NCBI GenBank assembly: GCA_049322315.1
Contig: JBMORF010000060.1
Coordinates: forward strand, 7,557-71,556
DNA from: Thermodesulfobacteriota bacterium
Lineage (GTDB): Bacteria > Desulfobacterota > Desulfobaccia > Desulfobaccales > 0-14-0-80-60-11
Direction of reading: 5' to 3'
DNA: 64,000 nucleotides
The translations under genes and the position numbers were made by a program. The notes beneath the pieces were generated by a model that saw only the letters and a program-made list of their open reading frames with translations, was not told the origin of the DNA and made no database searches. Positions 1-9,702 of the stretch are shown in pieces. Each line of letters begins with the position of its first letter. Within the stretch, counting starts at the first letter, position 1.

Positions 1-138
1 GTGGCCATCCGTTTGGAAAAGGCCTTGGGCAGCACCGCGGATACCTGGCTGCGGATGCAGGTCAATTATGATCTGGCCCAGGCGCGGCGACGCTCCTCGG
101 AAATTGTGGTGGAACGGCTGACGCCAAAGGTTGCCTAG
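1..138 (+). CDS. HigA/XRE-type antitoxin, C-terminal fragment (5' end outside window)
   Basis: Frame +1 reads VAIRLEKALGSTADTWLRMQVNYDLAQARRRSSEIVVERLTPKVA, then TAG at 136-138. The pattern matches the end of HTH_3 HigA-type antitoxins. Truncated by the window edge. Confidence 0.5.
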   Translation: MAIRLEKALGSTADTWLRMQVNYDLAQARRRSSEIVVERLTPKVA

Positions 139-200
139 TCGTTGATTTGCCGGTTGCTCCTGATTATCTCTCCCCGAAGCCAATAAATTAGAATTTTCTT

Positions 201-1379
201 TTATTCCGGGTAAAGCAAAAACTCCTGCCGCGCTTCCCTAAAGCGCGCCAGTTCCTCCTGCCAGGCGGCTTCCAGTTCCCTGACCGGGGTACCTTGCTCC
301 AGCCCCTCACGAATGGCTGCGTCCCCGGTGAGGAGATCAATGGGCCGGCGCTCGGTCTCATACTCATAGGGCGGCTGCCGCCAGGCAAAATCGTCAGGGT
401 ACAGCTCCCGGATCACCCCCAACAGGGCCAGGGTGGTGAAATACGGTTTGTAGGCCAGACGGTCGGTGACGTGCAGTTGGAACCCCCGGCACAACTCCCC
501 GGCCCATTTATGAAAGGTGGGCTCGAAGGAGACCTCCCGCAGGATTACTCCCGGCAGGGGAATTTTCTCCAAGCGGACCTTAATTCGGGCCGGATCCAGA
601 AAAGGGGCGCCAAATAGCTCAAAGGGGCGGGTGGCGCCCCGGCCTTCCGACAGGTTGGTTCCTTCCAGCAGCACCTGGCCGGGATAGACCACGGCGCTGT
701 CCAGGGTGGGGAGGTTAGGGGAGGGGAGCACCCAGGGCAGGCCGGTGGCTTCGAAGTAATCGCGGCGCCGCCAACCCTTGGCCGGGATCACCTCCAGGTC
801 GCAGCCCAGCTTTTGGGTGACATTATAGTATCGGGCCAACTCCCCCAGGGTCAGGCCGTGGCGCATGGGCAGAGGGTAAGGTCCCACAAAAGAAGCCCAT
901 CCGGGCTTCAGCATATTGCCTTCCACCTGCGCCCCGCCGATGGGATTGGGACGGTCCAGCACCGCCACTTTGACCCCGGCCGCCGCCGCGGCCTCCATCA
1001 CTTTGGCCACCGTGGCGGCAAAGGTATAGACCCGGGCGCCCACGTCCTGGAGGTCCACCAGGACCGCGTCGATTTTTTCCAGGGAATCGGGGGGAGGGGC
1101 CATGCGCGGCCCATAGAGGCTGATCACCGGCAGTTGCAAGGCGGCATCCAAAAAATCCGGGGAAGAGATCATGTTGTCCTGCTTCTCCCCCAAGAGACCG
1201 TGCTGGGGGCTGAACAGGACCCGGAGTTGACCGGGAAAGCGGCTGGCCAGCAATTCCCGGGCGCTGACGAGATCGGCGTCAACACTGGCCGGATGGCTCA
1301 AAAGCCCCAGGCGCGCCCCCTTAACCCAGGCCGGAGGATCGTGCACGAAGACTTCTAATCCGGAGATTACCCTATTCAT
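201..1379 (-). CDS. DUF1343 family protein (NamZ-like exo-beta-N-acetylmuramidase)
   Basis: 392-aa ORF with DUF1343-like motifs FSPQHG, LVDLQDVGARVYTF, LDRPNP, PMRHGLTLGELA and EGTNLSEGRG. Confidence 0.8.
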   Translation of the reverse strand: MNRVISGLEVFVHDPPAWVKGARLGLLSHPASVDADLVSARELLASRFPGQLRVLFSPQHGLLGEKQDNMISSPDFLDAALQLPVISLYGPRMAPPPDSLEKIDAVLVDLQDVGARVYTFAATVAKVMEAAAAAGVKVAVLDRPNPIGGAQVEGNMLKPGWASFVGPYPLPMRHGLTLGELARYYNVTQKLGCDLEVIPAKGWRRRDYFEATGLPWVLPSPNLPTLDSAVVYPGQVLLEGTNLSEGRGATRPFELFGAPFLDPARIKVRLEKIPLPGVILREVSFEPTFHKWAGELCRGFQLHVTDRLAYKPYFTTLALLGVIRELYPDDFAWRQPPYEYETERRPIDLLTGDAAIREGLEQGTPVRELEAAWQEELARFREARQEFLLYPE

Positions 1380-1394
1380 ATTTAAATATTTTGA

Positions 1395-1419
1395 GGCTAA
1401 GGGCCCCAGGCCCTTAGCC
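1395..1419. other. Perfect 11-bp GC-rich hairpin (GGCTAAGGGCC-cca-GGCCCTTAGCC)
   Basis: Read directly. Lies between the GNAT stop and the DUF1343 start. No clear U-tract, so terminator function is uncertain. Confidence 0.4.
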
Positions 1420-1472
1420 CCCGCAAGAAATTTCCCTTGGTAATTGCCGGATGCCAGGAGGCAGTTGTTTTT

Positions 1473-1504
1473 TACTGGCTACTGGCCACTGACTACTGGC
1501 AACT
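1473..1504 (+). repeat. Heptamer array TACTGGC/CACTGAC (about 4.5 units)
   Basis: tactggc tactggc cactgac tactggc aact. Ends 4 nt from the GNAT stop codon (1509-1511, minus strand). Confidence 0.9.
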
Positions 1505-1508
1505 CCCC

Positions 1509-2078
1509 CTAAAACTCCGCCTCTTCTTTTTTCAGCACCGGCCGCATCATCAGGACTACGTCGTGGGTCACCCCGTCTTTGCGGATAAAGTAGTCGTCCA
1601 GGGTGGCCTTGATCTCAAACCCTTTGGACCGGAAGGCCTTGACGACCTTCTTATGGTCTGCCAGGACCTCCGCTTTCAGCCATTGTAGATTTTCTTTCAG
1701 GGCCAGGCTAAGGAGTTCTTCCAGCATCAAGGAACCCAACCCCAGGTTGCGGAAGGGCCGGGAGACGAAGATACGAATTTCGCCGATATGCTTGGCCGCA
1801 TGTTTGCCCCGGTGCAGGGTGGCGTCGGCAATGAGATGGTTGTTTTCCAGATCCACGGCCACCAGGGGCAATACCTTGTGGTAATCTATATGGTCGATCC
1901 AGTAATTGATGAGCTTCTGGTTTTTGACGTCCTGTTTCAGAAACCGGAGATCTTCGTCGGGGGCATCCTGGAATAAATGGATGAGGCCTTCCCGGTCCTG
2001 ATTGTTGAGGAAGCGGAACATCACCCGCTTGCCATTACTCAGGGTGACAAATTTGCGGTAAGCCACATAGTTGATCAT
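1509..2078 (-). CDS. GNAT family N-acetyltransferase
   Basis: 189-aa ORF with an acetyl-CoA binding-like segment (RPFRNLGLGSLMLEELLSLA). Confidence 0.7.
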   Translation of the reverse strand: MINYVAYRKFVTLSNGKRVMFRFLNNQDREGLIHLFQDAPDEDLRFLKQDVKNQKLINYWIDHIDYHKVLPLVAVDLENNHLIADATLHRGKHAAKHIGEIRIFVSRPFRNLGLGSLMLEELLSLALKENLQWLKAEVLADHKKVVKAFRSKGFEIKATLDDYFIRKDGVTHDVVLMMRPVLKKEEAEF

Positions 2079-2224
2079 ACCGGCCTCAGAAAAGGTATTT
2101 ACCTGCTCATGATACCGGGTTCAGCGGATTTGTCAAGGTAACCGCCGGGTTAATGGCCGGGATGGGGCCGCCTGGGCCAACCGCCATGATCGTTGCCTGG
2201 CTTTGATTTTCCCCGGAACTGCGA

Positions 2225-2345
2225 TTGGGAATAACCATGTGAAAATATACACAAAATAATTTTCTTCAAATGTTTTTTAACTAAATTTCAAGGGATAGCG
2301 ATTTTTGCCCTGATATTTTTTCCCTCCCTATGAAAATCGAGGGAA
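2225..2345. promoter_or_regulatory. AT-rich tract upstream of dnaA (candidate DUE/oriC element, weak)
   Basis: Only degenerate DnaA-box-like 9-mers were found: ATATACACA at 2245-2253 (1 mismatch to TTATNCACA), TGTGAAAAT at 2238-2246, and TCACCCACA near 2599-2607. Confidence 0.2.
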
Positions 2346-2653
2346 TTGCCAGCATAGGCGAGATTGAAAAATCAGGAAGAGCAGCCGTAGATTTCTCGAC
2401 AGCCGTTAAAGCCTAGAAATTGGCGGCTTTTATCTTGTTGAATTAATTGAGCAAAAAATTAGCCGGGATTTAAGCCGCCCCGTTACTTGGCCGCGGCCGG
2501 GGGGAACTCCTCCGGAGATCGAGGGGTGGCTAACCTCAATCTGGCGACACCTCCTTTGACCGGAATCGCCCCCAAGGGCTAATATCACCTTCACCGATTC
2601 ACCCACAACCCCGGCATTTACCCTGGAAACGCCCCTCACCCGGGAAGGAGACT

Positions 2654-4033
2654 ATGCAAGGTATCTGGGAACAGGTCAAGAGCTTACTCAAAGAAGAAAT
2701 ATCTCCCTCCGGTTTCCATCTCTGGATCGAACCCCTGGGGGTCCTTCCCGGGGTGGAAGAGGAACTGGTTCTGACCTGTCCTAATCCTTTCGCTCTCAGG
2801 TGGGTGCAATCCCATTACTTCCATTTTATCAACCAGGCAGTATCCCAGGTGTGCGGTCAGGGACTATCGGTCAAGCTTTCTGCCACCCCGGGAACGCCGA
2901 AGCCCCAGAATCCGGCTCAGGCCTGTCAAGGGGACTTGCCCCTGCCGCCGGCAAAACCCTCCGGCAGCGGCAGATTCAACGGCAGTTTCACCTTTGACCA
3001 ATTCGTGGTGGGAGCTTCCAATCGCCTGGCCTTCCAAGCATCCAAGGCCCTGGCCCGCAACGACACCTTTTTCAACCACATACTTTTCTTGACCGGCGGC
3101 CCCGGTCTGGGAAAGAGCCATCTCTCTCAGGCGGTGGGCAATTTTCTGGCCCAATCAGCACCCAACGGGCCGGTGCACTATCTCTCCGCCGAGAGTTTTG
3201 CCAATGAAATGGTGCGGGCCTTAAAAAACGGCCGCATGTCCCAATTCAAGGAACGCTACCGCAAGAATTGTGAGGTCCTGCTGCTGGAAGAGGTGCAGTT
3301 CCTGAGCGGTAAAGAGAAAATCCAGGCGGAGATGTGCTACACCCTGGATACCCTGATGAGTCGCAAAACCAAGCTGGTCTTCACCAGTTGTTACCTTCCC
3401 GGAGAGATCAGCCAGCTCTCCCAGGAACTGCGCTCCCGGCTCACCGGTGGTATCATCACCCCCATCGGCCCCCCGGATTTTCCCACCCGGGTCAATATCC
3501 TGGCCAAGAAAGCCGAGAACCGCGGCTCCCAGATCTCCCCCCCGATCCTGGAATATTTGGCGGAATTTGTCACCGAAGATGTGCGTCGTCTGGAGAGCGC
3601 CATCGACTGCCTGATGGCCCGCTCCACTCTGTTGCAGAAACCCTTCAGCCTCAGTTTGGCCGAAGAGGTGCTCCAGGATTTGCAGGCGGTGGATGCCCGC
3701 CTCCATGTTCCGGCAATCCAAAAGATTGTGGGCGACCACTACCAGGTCAGTCTGCCGGAGTTGTTGGGTCGCGCCCGGCAAAAGAGACTGGTCCGGGCCC
3801 GGCAGATGGCCCTTTATTTCTGCCGCCTCTATACCCAAAAGACCATGGTGGAGTTGGGAAAGCTCTTCAATAGAAGCCATGCTGCCGTGGTCCACGCCCT
3901 GCAAACCCTGGAAAGGGACCGCAAAACGCAGCCGCGGCTGGCTCAGGAGGTGCAGCTGTTGGAGGGTAAACTGGCTCAGGCCCAGGTCAAGGGGGGGTGG
4001 AAGAGAGCATCCACTCCTCGCACCGATGCTTGA
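2654..4033 (+). CDS. dnaA: Chromosomal replication initiator DnaA
   Basis: Walker A GGPGLGKSHL, AAA+ core, and C-terminal DNA-binding helix region (RARQMALYFCRLYT, HAAVVHA). Confidence 0.95.
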   Translation: MQGIWEQVKSLLKEEISPSGFHLWIEPLGVLPGVEEELVLTCPNPFALRWVQSHYFHFINQAVSQVCGQGLSVKLSATPGTPKPQNPAQACQGDLPLPPAKPSGSGRFNGSFTFDQFVVGASNRLAFQASKALARNDTFFNHILFLTGGPGLGKSHLSQAVGNFLAQSAPNGPVHYLSAESFANEMVRALKNGRMSQFKERYRKNCEVLLLEEVQFLSGKEKIQAEMCYTLDTLMSRKTKLVFTSCYLPGEISQLSQELRSRLTGGIITPIGPPDFPTRVNILAKKAENRGSQISPPILEYLAEFVTEDVRRLESAIDCLMARSTLLQKPFSLSLAEEVLQDLQAVDARLHVPAIQKIVGDHYQVSLPELLGRARQKRLVRARQMALYFCRLYTQKTMVELGKLFNRSHAAVVHALQTLERDRKTQPRLAQEVQLLEGKLAQAQVKGGWKRASTPRTDA

Positions 4034-4688
4034 TCACCCGGCCTTCCACGATAAAGACGATATCCTCGGCAATATTGCTGGCCAAGTCGGCAATCCGCTC
4101 CAGATTACGCACAATAATGACAAAGTGATGGAGCCGCGTCACCCAACGTGACTCCTGGATCATGCAGTTCAGAATCTTCTGGATGTATTCATCGTCCAGC
4201 AAATCCACTTCCACGTCCCGCTGACAGACCCGGATGGCCAGCCGGGGGTCTTGCTGCACGAAGGCGTCGATACTGGTGCGCACCATCCCCAGGGCAATGT
4301 CCGCCATCACCTTGAGATCGATGGGAATTTCTACGGGCTCCCGGCTATTGAGCTCCAGGGCGCGTTCGGCAATATTCACCGCTTGATCGCCGATGCGCTC
4401 CAACTCGGTGGCGATGCGCATGGCCGCGGTGATCAACCGCAGGTCCGCGGCCAGGGGCTGGCGGAGGGCCAGAAGTTTCAAACCCTGGTCGTCGATGGCC
4501 AACTCCATGCGGTTAAGAGTGATATCGTCGGTGATTACATCCCGGGCCAGATCGGAATTGCGTTCCATAACCGAGACGATACTCTTGCCCACGGCGATTT
4601 CCGCCATCTCCGCCATGCGCAGGAGATTCTGCTTCAGGTCTTCTAATTCCTGATCAAACTGTCTGGGCAATTTCATGGGAGCTGCCAT
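3987..4688 (-). CDS. phoU: Phosphate signalling complex protein PhoU
   Basis: 233 aa with two PhoU repeats (ERIGDQAVNIAE and ERIADLASNIAEDIVF). The 3' end overlaps the dnaA 3' end by 47 nt. Confidence 0.85.
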   Translation of the reverse strand: MAAPMKLPRQFDQELEDLKQNLLRMAEMAEIAVGKSIVSVMERNSDLARDVITDDITLNRMELAIDDQGLKLLALRQPLAADLRLITAAMRIATELERIGDQAVNIAERALELNSREPVEIPIDLKVMADIALGMVRTSIDAFVQQDPRLAIRVCQRDVEVDLLDDEYIQKILNCMIQESRWVTRLHHFVIIVRNLERIADLASNIAEDIVFIVEGRVIKHRCEEWMLSSTPP

Positions 4689-4916
4689 ACCCGTCCCCTT
4701 CTGGAATAACTTCCCTGATAGATTTGAATATATTACTATAATTCGGTTTAGATCGGAAGAATATTAAAGCAATTTTACAAAATCCTCCGGGTTTTTAACG
4801 AAATTCTCAAAAAATTTTACTTGATCGCCAACTTTTTTCCTCTATTGTCTGGGATAGAGCCTATCTTATGGAGGAGGCCAGGGGAGGCAGGCTGAGATGC
4901 CCTCCAAAGGAAAGCC

Positions 4917-5849
4917 ATGAAAATCGCCGTAATCGGGCCCGGAGCCGTGGGGTGCCTGCTGGCCGTTTCTTTCGCTCAGGCAGGAGAGGACGTTCACCTG
5001 GTGGATTATCGTCCTCAGCGGGTGGCCCTTTTGCGGGAGCAAGGGATTCGCCTCCAAACCCTTCAAGGAGAGACCCGCCTGATTCCCGTTCCTTGCGGGC
5101 TCCCCGGGGAGGTGGGTCCCTGCGGTCTGGCCATCATGGCCGTCAAAGCGCACCAGACCGCGGCCGCGGCCCCATCCCTTCCCTTGCTCCTGGCCCCCGG
5201 CGGCATCGCCTTAAGTCTGCAAAACGGCCTGGGGAACCTGGAGGACATGGCCCGGGTGGTGGGCCCGGCGCCCCTGCTGGCCGGCATTACTTTTTTAGGG
5301 GTCACCCGCCAGGAAGAAGGGCAAATCCTCTACGCCGGACAGGGGGAGATGCTCATCGGCGCCCCCCCGGGCTCAAGCGTTACTTCCCCGGAAATCGGGG
5401 CAGTGGTGGCTCTTTTCACGCAAGCCGGATTCAAATGCCGCTCCGTGGCGGACATTCAGCCCCTGCTCTGGGATAAGCTGATGATTAACGCCGGCATCAA
5501 TCCCCTCACTGCCCTCCTCCGCGTCCCCAACGGGGCCTTGCCGGAACTGCCGGCGGCCTGGTCCCTGGCGGTGGCCGCGGCGGCCGAAGTCCAGGCCGTG
5601 GCTCAAGCCCAAGGGTTGGCCATAAGCGGCGACCCGGCGGAACGCCTCCTCCGGGTCTGCCGGGCCACGGCTAAAAACCGCTCCTCCATGCTCCAGGACG
5701 TCCTGGCGTCCCGGGTGACGGAGATCGATTCCTTGAACGCCCAGGTGGCCGCCCGGGGCGCGGCCCTAAACGTCCCCACCCCCATAAACGACCTCCTCAC
5801 ACGGCTCATCCGGTCGTTAGACGCCTCCACCTCTTTGCGGATAAGTTGA
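4917..5849 (+). CDS. panE: 2-dehydropantoate 2-reductase (ketopantoate reductase)
   Basis: N-terminal Rossmann motif MKIAVIGPGAVGCLLA, ApbA/PanE-like length, and C-terminal domain (SSMLQD). Confidence 0.8.
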   Translation: MKIAVIGPGAVGCLLAVSFAQAGEDVHLVDYRPQRVALLREQGIRLQTLQGETRLIPVPCGLPGEVGPCGLAIMAVKAHQTAAAAPSLPLLLAPGGIALSLQNGLGNLEDMARVVGPAPLLAGITFLGVTRQEEGQILYAGQGEMLIGAPPGSSVTSPEIGAVVALFTQAGFKCRSVADIQPLLWDKLMINAGINPLTALLRVPNGALPELPAAWSLAVAAAAEVQAVAQAQGLAISGDPAERLLRVCRATAKNRSSMLQDVLASRVTEIDSLNAQVAARGAALNVPTPINDLLTRLIRSLDASTSLRIS

Positions 5850-5888
5850 AAAATTGGGAGAAGAGCCCGAGGAACAATTTGGGGAGAA

Positions 5889-5910
5889 GTTCAAGGTTCA
5901 AAGTTCAACG
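5889..5910 (+). repeat. Heptamer array GTTCAAR x3
   Basis: gttcaag gttcaaa gttcaac. Confidence 0.9.
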
Positions 5911-5932
5911 ACCTAATAATCCAGTACTTCTT

Positions 5933-5981
5933 CACTGACCACTGATCACTGCTTTCTGCTCACCGCTCACTGCTCACTCCC
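5933..5981 (+). repeat. Heptamer array CACTGNY x7, overlapping the pcm stop codon
   Basis: cactgac cactgat cactgct ttctgct caccgct cactgct cactccc. The pcm stop (tca, 5974-5976) lies inside the last units. Confidence 0.9.
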
Positions 5982-6693
5982 CCGGCTCCACCAGGGGGAC
6001 AAATCTCACGGGCAGGCGGGAATCTTGTTGGAGCTTGCCCTGGATTTTGCGGAAGCGGGTCAGGGTTTGGACTCCCCCTGAAGGTCCCAGGGGGATGACC
6101 AGGCGGCCTCCCTCCTGAAGCTGCTTCTCCAGGGCCGGGGGGACCCGGGTGGCCGCGGCGGTGACCAGGATGGCGTCGAACGGGGCTTCCTCCGGCCAAC
6201 CCAGGTAACCGTCGCCGCTTTTCACCTGGACCTGAGGGTAATTCAAGGATTTAAGCACCTTGGCGGCCTTCTCCGCCAGCTCCGGGCGGATGTCGATGGA
6301 AAAAACCTTATCCGTGAGTTCCGCCAGCACCGCGGCCTGGTAGCCGGAGCCGGTGCCCACCTCCAGGACTTTTTCTCCCGGCTTGATCTCCGCCCACTCG
6401 GTCATCAGCGCCACAATATAAGGTTGGGAAATGGTTTGCCCGGAGCCGATGGGCAAGGGATGATCCCCGTAGGCCATGGGGGAGAGGTGCTGCGGCACAA
6501 AGAGATGCCGGGGCGCCTTGCCCATGGCCGCCAGCACCCGGGCGTCGCTGATGCCCCGGGCCTTGAGCTGCGAGTCCACCATGCGGTGGCGGGGGACCTC
6601 ATAGGGGTTGGTCTCCGGAGTCGTTCCCAATATCAGACAGATGCCCCCTACCAGGAAGCCAAGCCAGCAGATGTTCCGAATTTTCTTAAGCAT
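5974..6693 (-). CDS. pcm: Protein-L-isoaspartate O-methyltransferase
   Basis: GQTISQPYIVALMTE and SAM motif VLEVGTGSGYQAAVLA. N-terminal signal/TM segment. Confidence 0.9.
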   Translation of the reverse strand: MLKKIRNICWLGFLVGGICLILGTTPETNPYEVPRHRMVDSQLKARGISDARVLAAMGKAPRHLFVPQHLSPMAYGDHPLPIGSGQTISQPYIVALMTEWAEIKPGEKVLEVGTGSGYQAAVLAELTDKVFSIDIRPELAEKAAKVLKSLNYPQVQVKSGDGYLGWPEEAPFDAILVTAAATRVPPALEKQLQEGGRLVIPLGPSGGVQTLTRFRKIQGKLQQDSRLPVRFVPLVEPGE

Positions 6694-6699
6694 GGTGGG

Positions 6700-7740
6700 C
6701 TAGCCTCCTTCCCCCTGGGCCTTGACCTCGGCCTTAAAGGCCGTGAGTCCCAAGCGTTGGTGCGCCTGGCGGATTTTGCCGATAATGGCTTCAGCCAGCA
6801 GCAGATGGCCGGACCTGTTCAAGTGGCCGCTATCGCTAAAATAAGACCGGGCATTGGGGAGAGGGGAGAAGACCTCCTTCATGGAGAGGTGATAGACCCC
6901 CTCGCCGGTTAAGGAGCGCCCCAGGTCGTCCAGGCCGTGGTCCTCGAAGTGGAAAGACCCGTTGCCGTCGGTCAGGAGACGGCATTGGGTAACCAGCAGC
7001 AGGGGAATCTGGTGCGTCCGGGCCAGGGCCACGCTGGCTGCGTTGGTTTCCCGGGCTACCTTGATGCGGGCCTGGACCTCGTTGGCGTCCTCGGACGCGG
7101 CCACCTGGGCGTCGGGATCGTTGGCCGCAAACTTCAACCGCACCTGCTCCGGCACCAGCCTCCAGAAGAGTTTTTCCATTTTGGCCTCGTACAGCCGCCG
7201 GAAGATAAACATTTTCATGGGCCAGTTGCAGGGGTGCCAGGTTTTAAACTCCTGGCTGCGGCGGTACTCCCGTTCATCTTCGTACTTATTGGAGTCGTTC
7301 ACGTGCAGGATGATCAGGCTGGGTTCGAACTCCAGGGCTTTGCGCAAGACGATCTGGCACCGCCGGGCGCCGTACCCGGGAAGCGCCATATTCACCGACT
7401 CGGCTTGAATGTGGCGTGCCCGCAACTCCTGGCCCAGGAGCCAGGGATAGCCCCCTTTAAAGCTGGGACCCCGGGGCACCGAGTCGCCGATGACAAAAAT
7501 CCGGAAAGTACCCGCTGGACGGCGCCGGAAAAAGGTTTGGGGGTGAAAGCGGCGTCCCCCGGCCCGGATGAGCTTAACCGTGCCGTCGGCGCGTTCGTCA
7601 AAACCTGCGTTCGCACTGTAGCCGTACTCAAAGCGCCCGGAGACGCTTTTAGCAAAGAAGAGCCGCGCCCCCACCTCGCCCAGGACCAGGAGCAGGACCG
7701 CCAAGAGAAAAGCCGGGGGAAGCCACTTTTTCATGGTCAT
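6700..7740 (-). CDS. SGNH/GDSL-type hydrolase-acyltransferase partner of MBOAT (PatB/AlgJ/DltD-like role)
   Basis: N-terminal TM helix, GDS block FVIGDSVPRG, and a 1-nt TGATG overlap with the upstream MBOAT gene. Confidence 0.6.
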   Translation of the reverse strand: MTMKKWLPPAFLLAVLLLVLGEVGARLFFAKSVSGRFEYGYSANAGFDERADGTVKLIRAGGRRFHPQTFFRRRPAGTFRIFVIGDSVPRGPSFKGGYPWLLGQELRARHIQAESVNMALPGYGARRCQIVLRKALEFEPSLIILHVNDSNKYEDEREYRRSQEFKTWHPCNWPMKMFIFRRLYEAKMEKLFWRLVPEQVRLKFAANDPDAQVAASEDANEVQARIKVARETNAASVALARTHQIPLLLVTQCRLLTDGNGSFHFEDHGLDDLGRSLTGEGVYHLSMKEVFSPLPNARSYFSDSGHLNRSGHLLLAEAIIGKIRQAHQRLGLTAFKAEVKAQGEGG

Positions 7741-9320
7741 CAGAACTGAAAGTAGATGAACTCCGTATCATGTTCCGTGGAGGAGACAATCAACAGGAGC
7801 AGCAAGGCGTAGAGCAAACCCCGGGCCGGCCAGGGCAGGCGGCCCAGGCTGGTTTCGTCCCGGTATTTCCAGGTCAAAATCTGGAGCAGAAGCAACGGCG
7901 CGATATGGATCAAGAGCCAGAGGAAGGAGGAGGCCCAGGGCAGACTGATGCCGGTCTGCCAATGGCCCAGGGCTGCCAGCCAAAGCCCCAACTGGTGGAC
8001 ATTGGCGCTCCGGAAAATGGCCCAACCCCCCAGGGTAAAAATCCACATTAGAGCCACGGCCAGGATGCCCCGGCCGAGGGAAGATGATTTCTCATCCCCC
8101 AGGGACCGCAGGGCCGGCGCCACCCGGTAAAGGATGAGCAGGACCCCGTGGTAGGCCCCCCAGAGGACAAAGACCCAATTGGCCCCGTGCCACAGGCCCG
8201 CCAAAAGCATGGTCACCGCCAGGTTGCGGATCGTCTCCCATTTGGTGCCCCGGTTGCCCCCCAAAGGAATATAGAGGTAATCCCGGAACCAGGTGGACAG
8301 GGAAATATGCCACCGGCCCCAAAATTCCGAGGGATTCCGGGAAAAATAGGGAAAGCGGAAGTTTTCCGCCAAATCAATCCCCAAAAGCTTGGCGGAGCCC
8401 CGGGCAATGTCCGTATACCCGGAAAAATCCCCATAAATCTGAAAGGCGAAGGCCACCACCCCCAATACCGCCCAATAGCCGTTCAGGGGGGTCCCGGGGG
8501 CGAAGGCATAGTTGGCCAGAATGGCGCAATTGTCGGCCACGAAGACCTTTTTAAAAAAACCCACCAGAATCAAACACATTCCGTCATGGAGGTGGTCCGG
8601 GGTAAAAGCTGTGGTCCGTTCCAACTGCGGAATTAAGTGCCGCCCCCGTTCGATGGGACCGGACACCATCTGGGGGAAAAAGGCGTCATAAGTGGCGAAA
8701 GTCAGGAGCGAAGCGCAGGCCGGAGATTGTCCCCGGTAAACGTCGATGACGTAACCCAGAGACTGAAAGGTATAGAAGGAGATACCCACGGGCAGGATAA
8801 TCTGCAGCAGCACCCGGTTGGGTTGCAGCCCCATGAAGGTCAGAAAAGTATGGGCGGAGTCCAGGAAAAAGCCGAAATATTTGAAAAAACCCAGGATGCT
8901 CAGGCAAAAGCCGATACTGAGTATCAAATAAGGTCGGCGGCGCTTTTCCGGGGCCAGGCGCCAAATGATTTCGTGTCCGGCAAAAAAAGCCAGTCCCAGA
9001 GCCCCGGCCGCGGCCACGATGACCAAATTGATGCCGGCCGCGGGCAGAAACAGGGAGCAACCGGAGAGCCAGACCCCGGGCAGCAGGGCCAGGAGCAAAA
9101 CCCATAACGTGCCCGTCTTTTGACCATCGATGGTCAGGGCGCAGAGATAATCGATAACCGTGGTGGCCAGCACCAGGGCCAGAAAACGCACGTCCCAACA
9201 GGCGTAAAAGAAGTAGCTGGCAATCAGTAGCAAGACGAGCCGCCCCCTGCCCGGCAGTTGCCAGTACAGCAGCAGGACCAGGGGCAGAAACAGCAGATAT
9301 TGCCAGGTGATGAAGGACAT
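7740..9320 (-). CDS. MBOAT family O-acyltransferase (AlgI/DltB/PatA-like)
   Basis: 526-aa polytopic protein with the MBOAT signature WHISLSTWFRDYLYIPLGGNR and a conserved His (GLWHGANW). Confidence 0.9.
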   Translation of the reverse strand: MSFITWQYLLFLPLVLLLYWQLPGRGRLVLLLIASYFFYACWDVRFLALVLATTVIDYLCALTIDGQKTGTLWVLLLALLPGVWLSGCSLFLPAAGINLVIVAAAGALGLAFFAGHEIIWRLAPEKRRRPYLILSIGFCLSILGFFKYFGFFLDSAHTFLTFMGLQPNRVLLQIILPVGISFYTFQSLGYVIDVYRGQSPACASLLTFATYDAFFPQMVSGPIERGRHLIPQLERTTAFTPDHLHDGMCLILVGFFKKVFVADNCAILANYAFAPGTPLNGYWAVLGVVAFAFQIYGDFSGYTDIARGSAKLLGIDLAENFRFPYFSRNPSEFWGRWHISLSTWFRDYLYIPLGGNRGTKWETIRNLAVTMLLAGLWHGANWVFVLWGAYHGVLLILYRVAPALRSLGDEKSSSLGRGILAVALMWIFTLGGWAIFRSANVHQLGLWLAALGHWQTGISLPWASSFLWLLIHIAPLLLLQILTWKYRDETSLGRLPWPARGLLYALLLLLIVSSTEHDTEFIYFQF

Positions 9321-9431
9321 CAGGCGCTAACCCTGTCGGGAGATATAATCATTTATTCTACCCCTTGAGGGAGGGGGCGGGCAAGGAATTCGAACTCCGT
9401 GTAGTGCATCATTTTGAAAATGAGTGGGAAT

Positions 9432-9455
9432 AAAAAAGCGGCCCAGAGGCCGCTT
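9432..9455 (-). terminator. Rho-independent terminator after the small ORF 9496..9690
   Basis: The minus strand reads AAGCGGCC-tctg-GGCCGCTT followed by TTTTTTA. Confidence 0.6.
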
Positions 9456-9495
9456 GGAGAAGGGTTTTTTCAGGTGTGATAATTCATCACAAAGG

Positions 9496-9690
9496 TTATC
9501 CAGTAAGGAATTTTTTATAGCCGTAACGTTCGGTATCTTGGGGCGTAGGCACTCCGGAAATCTTCTTGGGGATTATTCCCCTTTCCCGTTTGTCATCAAG
9601 AAGGCGCCTGATTCTAATTAGATCAGGCCGTCTATCCTCCATTTCCCTTTTGACATCCAATAAATCTTTGAAGTTTTTTCTTTCAGACAT
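9496..9690 (-). CDS. Hypothetical small, highly charged protein (64 aa)
   Basis: AT-rich ORF 12 nt downstream of the Clp-fold protease gene. No family recognised. Confidence 0.4.
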   Translation of the reverse strand: MSERKNFKDLLDVKREMEDRRPDLIRIRRLLDDKRERGIIPKKISGVPTPQDTERYGYKKFLTG

Positions 9691-9702
9691 GACCTTATCT
9701 CC

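Noticed and set aside
2238-2253. TGTGAAAATATACACA as a pair of DnaA boxes
   Set aside because: Each half has 1-2 mismatches to TTATNCACA and no cluster of additional boxes was found, so it is reported only as a low-confidence note.
4868-5476. 202-aa plus-strand ORF overlapping the panE start
   Set aside because: It is an alternative frame of panE. The translation is an Arg/Gly/Pro-rich string, whereas the panE frame has a clear Rossmann motif.
9381-9402. tRNA T-arm-like GGAGTTCGAATTCC (minus strand) next to the AT-rich islet, a possible att remnant
   Set aside because: Only a 3-bp stem can be drawn, and no acceptor stem or other tRNA arms are present. The match is too weak to call a tRNA fragment.
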